Shown here piece by piece: positions 1-11,312 of a DNA stretch of 64,000 bases. Location: contig CAWHVZ010000004.1 of the NCBI GenBank assembly GCA_963832995.1, positions 222,851-286,850 on the forward strand, written 5' to 3'. The translations under genes and the position numbers were made by a program. Origin of the DNA: an uncultured Acidobacteriaceae bacterium. Lineage in GTDB: Bacteria; Acidobacteriota; Terriglobia; Terriglobales; Acidobacteriaceae. Position 1 is the first letter of the stretch, and the number at the start of each line of letters is the position of its first letter. The notes beneath the pieces are model-generated. The model was not told the DNA's origin and searched no databases. It was given only the letters and a program-made list of their open reading frames with translations.

Positions 1-17
1 GTGGAGTGGAAGTAGGG

Positions 18-440
18 TTAGCGGAAAGGGTTTTGGACGATGAGGTCGCCGAAGCGCTGACCGTGGTGGAGGTCTTCGGTGTAGAGGATGCTGCATTTTG
101 CCTGTTGGGCGGCGGCTACGATGAGGCTGTCGTACCAGCTGAGGCGGTGGCGCTTCTGCAGGTGAATTGCCTCGCCGAACAGGGTGATGGAGGAGTGGAC
201 AGCAAGTAGCGGATGAAAGATGGTGGCGAGGAGTTGCTGTGCGTCCTCAGGGCGCAGCTTGAGGGAGTTCTTCTTCAAGGCGACGTTGAAGAACTCTTGT
301 ATTACCTGATAGCTGATGATTCCGGTGCCGTCGATTGTGGTGTTACGAATCAGCTCACGAGCCACGCTCTTCTTGAGTTGTTCGCTCTCATCGTAGGCAT
401 AGAGGAAGATATTGGTATCGAGAAATACCTTACCGCTCAT
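18..440 (-). CDS. vapC: PIN-domain (VapC-like) toxin
   Basis: VFLDTNIFLY N-terminal PIN motif, QVIQEF, SWYDSLIVAAA, LYTEDL; overlaps the stop of the upstream antitoxin. Confidence 0.9.
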   Translation of the reverse strand: MSGKVFLDTNIFLYAYDESEQLKKSVARELIRNTTIDGTGIISYQVIQEFFNVALKKNSLKLRPEDAQQLLATIFHPLLAVHSSITLFGEAIHLQKRHRLSWYDSLIVAAAQQAKCSILYTEDLHHGQRFGDLIVQNPFR

Positions 441-648
441 TCATTTCGTCCCGCGTGTATTTTCTATCGACTTTAAAGTAGCTCAACCGGTCCATGAGAG
501 CGTCGTACTCCTGCATGGAGCTCTGCTGTGCGGTGAACTCTTCGAGCCACTGGCGGAATGCGGCGTTCAGGGTAGTATGCCGGGCCTGGGCGGCTTGGCG
601 GGCTCGCTCGATGAGGGATTCGTCGGCGCTGAGGGTTATGTTCTTCAC
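430..648 (-). CDS. Small antitoxin (KNITLSADE... RHH-like, 72 aa)
   Basis: GTG at 646-648, 6 nt after a TACACT -10 box; ends YTRDEMNER, typical of PIN-partner antitoxins; the longer 430..1047 ORF call is probably over-extended. Confidence 0.8.
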   Translation of the reverse strand: MKNITLSADESLIERARQAAQARHTTLNAAFRQWLEEFTAQQSSMQEYDALMDRLSYFKVDRKYTRDEMNER

Positions 649-756
649 TGCTTTAGTGTACACGAAAGCAGTGCGACAGGAATTGACGACCCACTTTAGA
701 GATTCAGGCAACGGAGTTTGGGTCAGGGTGCTCCTATTTGTGCATAGGAGGCGGTT

Positions 757-966
757 ATGGAGATGCTTCGTAGCGGGCAGTGCGGGCTTTGTACGCATTT
801 CGGAGAGCACCATGCCAAGGCGGCGATTCTGGTGTCTATCCATTCGAGCAAGAAGGCTGAGCCGACAGTGCTGGATGAGTGCGGCCATCCGAAGCATGCG
901 GCGCTGCACCTGAAGGTGACGCCGATTAGTGGATGCGATGGGTTTGTTGCGGTTGGGCAGGCCTGA
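757..966 (+). CDS. Small Cys/His-rich hypothetical protein (69 aa)
   Basis: AGGAGG RBS; CxxCxH, CGHPKH and distal C motifs; followed by a terminator hairpin. Confidence 0.75.
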   Translation: MEMLRSGQCGLCTHFGEHHAKAAILVSIHSSKKAEPTVLDECGHPKHAALHLKVTPISGCDGFVAVGQA

Positions 967-995
967 GTTCTGACAGTTACTCATTGAATTGAAGC

Positions 996-1030
996 GAAGA
1001 GGCCGGGATGAATGCCCGGCCTCTTCTTGT
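996..1030 (+). terminator. Intrinsic terminator hairpin
   Basis: GAAGAGGCCGGG-7nt-CCCGGCCTCTTC followed by TTGT. Confidence 0.65.
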
Positions 1031-1135
1031 GTGACTGCGGTCTGCACGGCATATGGGTTAGTTCGTTTACTGCTAAATCAAGGTTCTTTTGATACGCGTT
1101 TGCTATGGTGGAGGTGAGGGGAGTTGCGCCGATAG

Positions 1136-2569
1136 ATGAGAATCCTACTCGAACCCCATCGCAGGCTCGTATTGTTGTGCCTGGTGTGTGCTGCCCGGAC
1201 GGCGTGGGGATGCGATCTTCCGGCGGGTCAATCGCTTTGGATTCGGCTGACGGCTCCTGTTTCCACTTACTCGGCGAAGCGGGGAGACGCGGTTCATGCG
1301 GTGCTTACGCAGGACCTTGTTTGCGAGAATGAAGTGGTGCTTTCGATGGGAACGCCGATAGAGGGCGAGGTTCGAAGCAAACGCAAGGTGGGATTCGGCA
1401 TTGCCCATGAGACAGCGGCGCTTGAACTTGAATTCAATCGCGCAGTTACCGGGGCGGATGAAACAGTTGCACTGAATGCCCGGGTAGAAGAAGTACAGAA
1501 TGCACGCGAAGCTGTTCGAAAGGGAGTGATCCAGGGCGTCCTCAGTACGGATACTTTTCAGGGTCGCATCAACAGCCGGTTGATTCATCTGCCCACGTGG
1601 AATCCATACTCCGATCCGGGATTGATTGCATATAAGGTGCTCTTTCCAATCTTTCCGGAGCCGGAGATTTATTACGCCGCCGGTACAGATATGCATCTGC
1701 GGACGACGAGTGAAATTTCATCGTCGCCGGTTATTGCGAGTGGTGAAGGCGAACCTTCTCCTGAGGCGACGACGGAGGCGGACGATCAATTAGTCGAACA
1801 GCTTCCGTGGCGCGTGACGACGAAGAAGAATGTCGATGCTGACCTGTTGAATCTTGTGTTCCTTGGATCCGAGGATGAAGTTAGATCGGCATTTCGCGAG
1901 GCGGGGTGGAACAACGCCGATCCCTCGGGCAGGCATGCGATGCTTAAGAGCTTTTATGCGCTGCTGAATAACAGTGGATACGCTCAACAACCTATGACGA
2001 CCTTCCTGTTGAATGGCGAGCCGGAGGACATGAACTGGCAGAAGAGCCTGAACAGCTATGACCGGCGCGATCATCTTCGTATCTGGCGATGGACGCCGGA
2101 TGGCAGCAGCGATTCGGTGTGGATAAGCTCCTCCACCCATGACACGAGGGCGGTGCTGGCGGTGAAGTATAAGGGGTTCGTCCACCATATTTCAGCTGAC
2201 ATCGATGATGAGCGCTCGACGGTGATTCGCGACCTTAGATTTGCCGGTTGCGTGAAGTCGGTCAGCTACATCTCGCGACCGGAGATACCGATTTTCATTC
2301 ACAATGCGACCGGAGACGCTATGCGTACCGATGGGTCGATTGCTGTAATCGCCTTGCAGGAGTGCCACCCTGTCGATCCTGTCGATCTTCAACTGGACGC
2401 CACGATGAAGGGCAGGAGTTTCAAGCCCAGCAACTATGCGTTCCGTTTTATCCGGCGGCAGATACTTACCTTCCGGAACGACATTTTTCGGGCCAATATT
2501 ATTTATGGCGCTTATTATGCCGGACGGATGACTGTGTTGGCGCTGCGGCGAAGCCCTGAAACACCTTGA
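1136..2569 (+). CDS. Secreted protein with LssY-like C-terminal domain
   Basis: Signal peptide; DLLNLVFLG...AF.EAGW...RDHLRIW motifs. Confidence 0.7.
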   Translation: MRILLEPHRRLVLLCLVCAARTAWGCDLPAGQSLWIRLTAPVSTYSAKRGDAVHAVLTQDLVCENEVVLSMGTPIEGEVRSKRKVGFGIAHETAALELEFNRAVTGADETVALNARVEEVQNAREAVRKGVIQGVLSTDTFQGRINSRLIHLPTWNPYSDPGLIAYKVLFPIFPEPEIYYAAGTDMHLRTTSEISSSPVIASGEGEPSPEATTEADDQLVEQLPWRVTTKKNVDADLLNLVFLGSEDEVRSAFREAGWNNADPSGRHAMLKSFYALLNNSGYAQQPMTTFLLNGEPEDMNWQKSLNSYDRRDHLRIWRWTPDGSSDSVWISSSTHDTRAVLAVKYKGFVHHISADIDDERSTVIRDLRFAGCVKSVSYISRPEIPIFIHNATGDAMRTDGSIAVIALQECHPVDPVDLQLDATMKGRSFKPSNYAFRFIRRQILTFRNDIFRANIIYGAYYAGRMTVLALRRSPETP

Positions 2570-2581
2570 TGCCTAAGTTGT

Positions 2582-3117
2582 TACCCTCTCCCCTCCCCCC
2601 TCCCTTGCCCGGGGCTAAAATATTCATTCGTTTGGACTTAAGCGGGGGTCTTCTCGCCAAAATATTCCAAACAAATAACTTACGGCTAAAATATTCCATC
2701 CAAATGACTTAGCGTATCTCCTTTCCTGAAATAGAAAAGCCCGGCTGGATGGCCGGGCTGCTCTTTTTGATCTCTAGTTCTATTTTATGAGATGGCACAT
2801 AACTAATGGCCACATTTCTGCCGGTTGCTATGTGTTGGTGGGGCTTGGGTTGCAGGGATTTCCGCTAGTTTGGGGGCTTGACGGCATTTTGGGGTGAAGG
2901 CTGCGTGACGACCCAGGCGTATAGACCAGCACCGCCTCGGTGGGATTTCCGCTGAAAAGGTGAGGTTTGAGGTGGTTCGAAGAAAGGCGATTTCAGTCGT
3001 TGCGGCTGCGCCTTCACCCCAGCGTTACACCCCAACGAGCAAAGACCGGCCGCTGGGGACCCCATCTCCGGCAGAGCGGAACCCACTCATCGCAAAGACG
3101 CGATGAATGGGCACCCG
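2582..3117 (+). repeat. Dispersed modular element, copy A
   Basis: C-tract end, three 26-nt units, hairpin, 21-bp core and GGGCACCCG REP-like end, collinear with the reverse complement of 16826-17570. Confidence 0.8.
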
Positions 3118-3187
3118 AGGTAATGGGTTTGTTTTGATGTATGGGACACTCGCCACCGCGTAAACTGTTATGTTGTGGAGGTGATTT

Positions 3188-3724
3188 ACGGGCTGGGTAA
3201 ATTCTGCTGAGTTATCCCAAAAGAATCCGCCGTCTAAAGCGGAGATCGCACAAGTCGAAGACTATAGAAAGCGGAGGGCCAAGACATGGTTTTACGCTGA
3301 CGAAAACTTTCCGGCGAATGCAACTGAAATACTTCGGGGGATGGGTGCCCGTGTAAGTACAGTACAAGAGGTTAGGCTGCGTAGTCATCCCGACGAAAAT
3401 CACACGGCTTACGCACTTCGCAATGGATACGTACTGCTCACCTGTGACCGCGACTACCTCGATAATCGCCGTTTTCCTGTTATACATTGCCCCGTCGTCG
3501 TGGTTTTCGACTTCGGCGATGGCTCGCCTGCCGAAATTCGCGCGGCCTTTCGATGTCTAACAAAAATGTTTGAGGCTCCTCAGTTTTACGACAAGTGGAT
3601 GAAAATTGAAGCGTCACGAAGTTCATGGATAGAATCTGCGCGTTTTCTTAACGGAACGACCACTCGTTCGAAATATCGACTCTTCCGTGGGCAAATCCAA
3701 GAATGGGTGGACATCGAGGTCTAA
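3188..3724 (+). CDS. DUF5615/VapC45-like PIN-fold protein
   Basis: FYADENFP and LLTCDRDY motifs; frame is open back to an ACG at 3188 preceded by GGAGGTGA. Confidence 0.7.
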   Translation, partial: TGWVNSAELSQKNPPSKAEIAQVEDYRKRRAKTWFYADENFPANATEILRGMGARVSTVQEVRLRSHPDENHTAYALRNGYVLLTCDRDYLDNRRFPVIHCPVVVVFDFGDGSPAEIRAAFRCLTKMFEAPQFYDKWMKIEASRSSWIESARFLNGTTTRSKYRLFRGQIQEWVDIEV

Positions 3725-3962
3725 GATTTAGCTTTGATTGTTGCAACCAAACCAAGAACGAGACAGAGGCCCGCAATTATTCGCGGCTTCCTTGTACTGA
3801 GGCAAAAGCATTGAGCTTCCAGTTGCAGCTTGCGGAGTGTTTTTTCAAGAAGCCATCTAAATACTCGTACTTTCCTCGTTTTCGTTATATATATGTGAGG
3901 CATATTCGTTCAGATTAGCCGGGCCTCCCTGCGACCAGTGCCTACCCTAGGAGCTAATACCA

Positions 3963-4925
3963 ATGGACGCATTAATCAATGTCGCTGGAAATCTAGTACT
4001 ACCCTACTTGGTTCTCAGCTTATTCGTCATGCTTATTGTTGAGATGCTTTCGCGTCTTCTTCACATGCGTGAAAGTATTTTAGAAGACGCGATACGACGG
4101 ATGATAGCGGAGAAGGACGAAGCTCAGGTTTTGTCATTCTGGACGCATCCGTTGGTTGAATCACTTTCCATTGAAGGGCGCGCTCGAGTGTCTTATATAC
4201 CGGCCGAACTATTCGCTCAGGTATTTGTCGATAGATTTGGGACAACGAAGAGTGAACAAAAAGAAGACACCGAAACGACATCCGATAGTAATGACACCAA
4301 TCGATCGGCGATTCTCCGCTCGTTGAGTGTCGATCCGAGGCCTGGCGGTGAGATGGCTAATATTCAACAATGGTTTATAAGTGTCATGGATCAAGCATCG
4401 GGAATTTATCGTGTTCGTACTTTTAGTATGGTTGCCGCAGTATCAACGATAATAGTTCTGTTAGCAAACTTTGATGCGATTGAAATAGCTAACCATGCAG
4501 TACATAAATCCGTAGTTCAAAAGGCTTTTGAGGCGGAAGTAACAGAGATAGCAAAGCAACTAACACCTACGGAGCAAGCAACACCTCCTGTAGCAAACAA
4601 CACCGCAGCATACAACTCTTCAGCAAACGACGACACTTACGCAGAAAAAAGCCCTGTACCCCGCGAAACCAAAAGTCTTGAAGGTTTGCAGGCAGCAGAA
4701 AAAATATCTGAACACATAGCCGAGCAAGAAATGATTTTTCCCGTCGGATGGAAACACGATTGGTTTATATTTTTTTTGAATAATAAATCACTGATAATTC
4801 CTAAGATTACTGGACTCGTAGTCAGTATTTTAGCTTTGATGATAGGAGCGCCTTTTCTGTTCGATCTACTAAATAGGTATATGGTCATTCGGCTCGCAAT
4901 GAAACCGTTCACTAAAGAAATTTGA
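3963..4925 (+). CDS. Low-GC hypothetical membrane protein
   Basis: AGGAG RBS; three hydrophobic segments; IQQWF..MDQASG.Y and GAPFLFDLL motifs; AT-richer than flanks. Confidence 0.75.
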   Translation: MDALINVAGNLVLPYLVLSLFVMLIVEMLSRLLHMRESILEDAIRRMIAEKDEAQVLSFWTHPLVESLSIEGRARVSYIPAELFAQVFVDRFGTTKSEQKEDTETTSDSNDTNRSAILRSLSVDPRPGGEMANIQQWFISVMDQASGIYRVRTFSMVAAVSTIIVLLANFDAIEIANHAVHKSVVQKAFEAEVTEIAKQLTPTEQATPPVANNTAAYNSSANDDTYAEKSPVPRETKSLEGLQAAEKISEHIAEQEMIFPVGWKHDWFIFFLNNKSLIIPKITGLVVSILALMIGAPFLFDLLNRYMVIRLAMKPFTKEI

Positions 4926-4969
4926 TCTCATGGTGCTAAGAAGGCGTACCAGTATTTTCCATTACACGA

Positions 4970-4997
4970 CAAAGGCCGCGATTGCTCGCGGCCTTTG
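4970..4997. terminator. Hairpin terminator between convergent genes
   Basis: CAAAGGCCGCGA-TTGC-TCGCGGCCTTTG. Confidence 0.75.
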
Positions 4998-5021
4998 CTT
5001 TTTCTGAGTTGATATTGTCTG

Positions 5022-6736
<1,715 letters not shown>

Positions 6737-7080
6737 GTGGGTGCGCACTCCTGCGGAAAATTTCCGGAAAATTGGGTCGTCCGCATACCGGTGTCTGGAT
6801 TCAGGCGGACAATTCCCTGGGTTGTTTCGTAATGGCGGGGAAGCAGGTAGCGGTTATGACCGCGTTGGCCGGCCGGAACCTCGAAAGAGGTCAGGGCACT
6901 CGAAGGCACACTTCTCCAGCGAATCACAGAATACCACAACAATTAGACGATTTCGGGGGTAAAAAGATTCCGGAGAGGGGGCCGAAGAGGCTCACCTTTA
7001 GCCATTTGGTCGTTTGGACAGCGCCGAATTTGAATATCGCAACGATTCGCTCCAATTTTAATGGTAACGGGCCTTGCAGC

Positions 7081-7326
7081 TTAGGAGATAAATGGTTTGT
7101 TCTTAGAATGTTGCGGGAGAATTTCCGATTCTGGCGATCGCTTCGCCAAGCCATGCTGCCGTGAAAAATCGGAGCTGAGAATAAATCCGTCAGGCGTGTT
7201 TGTCAGGTAGACGTCATCGCCTACCTTTGCTTTGAGGCGGTCCAGCAATTCTTCAGTGAGGATGAACCCAAGTGAATTGCCGTCGTCGGCTTGAATAATT
7301 TGGACAGTTCCAATAATTGTTGTCAC
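7081..7326 (-). CDS. Orphan AbrB/MazE-type DNA-binding protein
   Basis: GNSLGFILTEELLDRLKAKVGDDVYLT swapped-hairpin signature; C-terminus uncertain. Confidence 0.55.
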   Translation of the reverse strand: MTTIIGTVQIIQADDGNSLGFILTEELLDRLKAKVGDDVYLTNTPDGFILSSDFSRQHGLAKRSPESEILPQHSKNKPFIS

Positions 7327-7412
7327 AGCCGCAGGATAACTGTTCCAACGCAATGGCTGACAATTTATTGATTTTCTTGTCCCGAAATGGGGCTCGATTG
7401 CCGCTGATTGGA

Positions 7413-8808
7413 CTAGACTTCGAGCTGGGGCTTTGGTCTTCTGAGGCGCGCGAGGAGGGCGGCGGGCCGGAGGGATGGGGGGTAGTGGAGCATGCTGGCC
7501 AGGAAGGCCGGCAGGGTGTCGTGCGCGATGAGGAGGCAGGCGGGCAGGACGTAGAGGTTCATGGCTATCTCGGAGACGAGAAGCGAGGAGGCGGCGCCGT
7601 AGAGCCCATACCAGCGGGCTAAGAAGTAGCAGAGGACGCAGGTGACGCTGGTGGCCGCCATGTAATACGCGGCGAGGCGGCGGTGCTGGTTGGTGGAGGT
7701 CATCAGGGTGGAGCTGGTGGACCACAGGGCGTAAAAGATGACGACCACGAGCAGGATGCTGAGCAGGCCGCGGCTGGGAGGGACGTGGCCGCCGGTCCAG
7801 TGGGTGAGGAACCAGGGGCCGAAGAGCATCATGCCGGCGATGATGACCAGGGCGACGATGAGCGCCAGCTGGACGGCGCGGCGGTGCAGGGTGCGGGTGA
7901 GGTCGATGTTGCGGGCTCCGAAGGCGATGGTCATCTCGGGCTCGAAGGTGGAGTTGACCATCTGGACCATCTGGAGAGCGACGCGGGAGACGGTGCGGGC
8001 GGTGGAGAAGACGACTACGGCGGTCTGGTCCGAGAGCGTAGCCGACTGCGAGCACAGTGCCCTGGAGGTTGAGGGCGTTGCCGATGGGGAAGGCCATGAA
8101 AGCGATGGCGCCGGGGGCTAGCCTGCGAATCTCGGCGAAGCTGGCGTGCTTCCAGCCGAACTCGATCCAGGGGATGTCGCGCTTGACCATGACGCAAAGC
8201 AGCAGGGTGCAGAAGATGTTGGCTACGGCGAAGACCAGTGCGGTGACGCGAGCGTTGCCCCCGAGGATGACCGGAACCATCATGAAGGCGAAGGCGATGA
8301 AGGTGAAGGAGCTTTTGACCATGGAGCCGAAGGGGTAGCGGCCGATGGAGCGGTAGGCGGACTGGAGCAGCTGTTCGAGTTGTCCGAGCAGGACGGAGAC
8401 GCCGAGGTAGAAGATGATCCACTTGGTGTCGGTCTCGCTGATGCTGGTGAGGTGGAGCAGGCGGGCCGCGGGGAGGAAGTAGAGCGCTCCGCTGAGGAGG
8501 AGGATGGTGCCGACGCAGATGCCGGCGATGAGCCACCAGCAGCTCTGGAAGACGCGCAGGGCGGTGGGTTGGTCGCCGCCGGAGACGAGCATGGTCATCT
8601 CGTTGCCGGCGACGGTGCCGAAGCCGGAGTTGGAGAAGGTGAGCCAGGTGGGGATGGAGTTGACGATGATCCAGTCGCCGTAGAGCGGGACGCTCCAGAA
8701 GTGGAGGAAGACGGGGACCTGGATGAGCTGGATGACCGTGTTGTTGAGGCGGCCGACCCAGCTGGAGATAAAGCTGAGGACGAGACGCCGCTTGGTCCTG
8801 CTATCCAT
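7413..8808 (-). CDS. Wzx-like polysaccharide flippase (one frameshift near 8030)
   Basis: Multi-pass membrane protein in two consecutive frames; next to a GT2 gene. Confidence 0.8.
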
Positions 8809-8906
8809 GAAACATCCTTTGGTTCAGTTGAGCATTGCTGAGGCGAGGCTGATCGAAAAAATCGGCCGGTGGCTAGAGTTTATCCGCTTGCGGAGTGTGG
8901 TTACGG

Positions 8907-10019
8907 CTAACTGCGGCGGAGGATGGTGTGGAAGCGCTGAAAGACGGGCTTCAGGAAGGTTTTTGCGCGGCGGGTGAAGGGGATGGAGGTGCGGGTGACC
9001 TCGCCGGCGGCGAAGGCGCGGAGGGCGGCGGCGGCCTCGGCTGAATGCTCGGGGACCAGGGAGTCGGCCCAGCGCTGGAAGTGGGGGATGACGGGGGCGC
9101 GCTCGTGAGGGGCGAACTCGCGGGAGGCGCGGGCGAGGTAGCGGATGAAGTTGTAGCGGTTGGCGTCGCTTATCCAAGTCAGGTCTGATGAATTGCCAGC
9201 GGCGCCCATGCCGCAGCGTTGTGCGGCGAGGGGCATTACCTCGGTGAAGATGAGGCGCTGGTCGTGGGTCCAGACGGCGACGCGGTCGCGGTTCTTGTTG
9301 CCGTCGTGGCCGACGCGGTAGCCGCTGATGAGGGCGTGCTCGTAGACGTAGGAGCCGAAGGGCGCGAGCTGCAGGAAGAGTGCCCAGTCGGAGAGCGACT
9401 GAAGCGAGGCGAGGATGGGGCTGGACTGGTGGAAGGCCTCGCGCTTGATGGCGAAGGCGGCGAAGTTGACGGTGGGGCCGTGCTTCTGGGCGGTGAGGTT
9501 GGCGGGAGGGTTTTGGATTTGGGGGACGCTAAGGATGTAATTGGTGCTGAGGACCTTACCCTGAGCGTCGATGTGCTCCCAACCGGCGCGGACGAGGACA
9601 GGGTCTGGAATGCTCGCGCTGCTGCTCTTTCTTGTTGCTCCGTTTTTTCTCGTTGCGCTTCCTTTTCTTGTTGCTCCGCGGAGGAGGGTCTCGCAGAAGT
9701 TGGGGCGGGCGATGTCGTCGGAGGAGAGCATGGTGATCCAGTCGCCGGTGAGGGATGAGAGGGTGAAGTTGTACTGGGCGGTGAGGTTGGAGCCGGGCGG
9801 GGGCTGGACGATGCGCAGGTTGGGGAAGCGGCTGGCGTAACGGGCGAGGACCTGCTGGGTGTCGTCGGTGCTGTGGTGGTCGGAGACGAGGATCTCGTCG
9901 GGCGGGCGGGTCTGGTTGAGGAGCGAGTCGAGGGTCTCGGGGAGGAAGTTTGCCTGGTTGAGCGTGGGGATTCCGACGGACAGGGTTAGGCCGCGGCTGC
10001 TGGATTTTGTGTTCGACAT
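8907..10019 (-). CDS. Glycosyltransferase family 2
   Basis: SVGIPTLNQ, DEILVSD, LSSDD, LSDW motifs; start placed at MSNTK. Confidence 0.9.
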   Translation of the reverse strand: MSNTKSSSRGLTLSVGIPTLNQANFLPETLDSLLNQTRPPDEILVSDHHSTDDTQQVLARYASRFPNLRIVQPPPGSNLTAQYNFTLSSLTGDWITMLSSDDIARPNFCETLLRGATRKGSATRKNGATRKSSSASIPDPVLVRAGWEHIDAQGKVLSTNYILSVPQIQNPPANLTAQKHGPTVNFAAFAIKREAFHQSSPILASLQSLSDWALFLQLAPFGSYVYEHALISGYRVGHDGNKNRDRVAVWTHDQRLIFTEVMPLAAQRCGMGAAGNSSDLTWISDANRYNFIRYLARASREFAPHERAPVIPHFQRWADSLVPEHSAEAAAALRAFAAGEVTRTSIPFTRRAKTFLKPVFQRFHTILRRS

Positions 10020-10025
10020 GTGCTC

Positions 10026-10200
10026 TACCCCCTCCCCCTTAAAGTGTGCAAAGTATTCAAAGTAAATACTATAAGTCTGGACTTCGTGCGAAGTCCGGGT
10101 TAAATGAAATGTTCCGGCCGGGGCCGGAACGTGAGTCTTTTGCTGGTTTAAGTATAGCAAGGGATGTCAAGAGTGGACTCGTGCTTTGGTTGCAGGGCTG
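10026..10200 (+). repeat. Dispersed modular element, shortened copy C
   Basis: TACCCCCTCCCCC end, one 26-nt unit (10048-10073), GTTCCGGC/GCCGGAAC hairpin, minus-strand TATACT, TTGGTTGCAGGG tail. Confidence 0.55.
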
Positions 10201-10256
10201 CCATTTGGCGCGGGCCTGCAGAGGGGTCCTGAAAAAGTCCGTTGGCCCACAATAAA

Positions 10257-10391
10257 CATTCCCTCAGGGGCTAAAGCCCATTGAAATTATTGCCTTTACG
10301 GCGGGACTGAAGTCCCGCCTTTTCAAAGCAAAGACTTTTTCAGCATCCTCTGAAGCCGCACCCCTTCAAAACGACCACTTTTTCAGCACCC
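10257..10391 (+). repeat. REP-like element, GGCTAAAGCC/CTGAAG hairpin family
   Basis: Near-identical to 50156-50318; related to 14517 and 41392. Confidence 0.85.
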
Positions 10392-10446
10392 ACTAGCACC
10401 GGCGGGTTCGCGGTGGTCGATCACCGGTGTAGATGATGCGGGGGTT

Positions 10447-10590
10447 TCAGGTGAGTTTTGCGAAGCGCAGGGCTGCGGAGTTCATGCAGTAACGGAGTCC
10501 GGTGGGGCGGGATCCGTCGTCGAAGACGTGACCGAGGTGGGCGTCGCAGAAACGGCAGGAGACGGCGGTGCGGACCATGAACATGCTGCG
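10447..10590 (-). pseudogene. msrB: msrB C-terminal half
   Basis: [43 protein letters not shown]. Confidence 0.9.
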
Positions 10591-10606
10591 CCTCGGAACC
10601 TACGAT

Positions 10607-11122
10607 TTAGGAGAGCCGTCTCCTAACCAGTCCGGCAAGGCACAAGATCCCGGAGCCCAGTAAGGTGATGGTGGAAGGCTCAGGAGTGCTGGCGACGGGT
10701 GTGATCGTAAGCGTTATATTACCTAGGTGTGTAGCACTTAGATCTTCTATGTAGGTTCCTTCCTTAGTGAAGGGTAAAGTGCTAAGTAAGCCACCAAACA
10801 TACCTGTTGGAAAATCGACTTCTTCGCAGCCCATATACAGGAGAGGGTCAACGGTTAAACTGACAAACGGACATGAGCCCCCAGTAGGGTCAATAATGAT
10901 GTCTTGGACGTCATGGCCGGTGTTGGTTATCCCAGTGGTGATCGTCGTCGGCGACGTCAACAGTGAAGGTTCCTGAAACGTATAGGTCCCGTCCTCGAAT
11001 GCGGCGGTTGATACCGTAAGATTTATGGTAAGAGTATAGAGTTCGTCGGCATGGACGATCCGGCTCGACAAGACGACCAGGGCAGTGAGGAGAAGGGTGC
11101 GAAGCACACGCATCACACGCAT
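10607..11122 (-). CDS. PEP-CTERM sorting-domain protein
   Basis: Signal peptide; TPEPST + TM helix + RRR; GGAGG RBS; lower GC. Confidence 0.9.
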   Translation of the reverse strand: MRVMRVLRTLLLTALVVLSSRIVHADELYTLTINLTVSTAAFEDGTYTFQEPSLLTSPTTITTGITNTGHDVQDIIIDPTGGSCPFVSLTVDPLLYMGCEEVDFPTGMFGGLLSTLPFTKEGTYIEDLSATHLGNITLTITPVASTPEPSTITLLGSGILCLAGLVRRRLS

Positions 11123-11164
11123 ACAGAACCTCCAGAATGGGGAGCCCGGTTAGGTTGTCCGTTT

Positions 11165-11193
11165 ACGATGGCCCCTTCAAACCGCGGTGTCAA
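11165..11193 (-). promoter_or_regulatory. Sigma70-like promoter of the PEP-CTERM gene
   Basis: TTGACA-17nt-CATCGT. Confidence 0.45.
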
Positions 11194-11256
11194 TCAGAAA
11201 CCGCCGCGCTCACAAGAAATTCACGCTCCGGGCACCCTTGGGGTTTTGGAGGAGTC

Positions 11257-11295
11257 GGGGTTTCTTCGACTCTGCTGCGCTCCGTTCAGAATGAC
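11257..11295 (-). repeat. REP-like element, GTCATTCTGA family
   Basis: GTCATTCTGAACGGAGCGCAGC..AGTCGAAGAAACCCC; similar to 26283-26346. Confidence 0.8.
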
Positions 11296-11312
11296 GCAGT
11301 GGTGGGGGTGGG

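Noticed and set aside
2615-2711. Three 26-nt repeats as a CRISPR array
   Set aside because: Gaps are only 3-16 nt, the repeats are degenerate internally and no cas genes are present.
2793-2813. Element core as a sigma54 promoter or dif site
   Set aside because: TGGCAC lacks the TTGC -12 box; only a TTATGT XerD-like fragment is present, without a XerC arm and 6-bp spacer.
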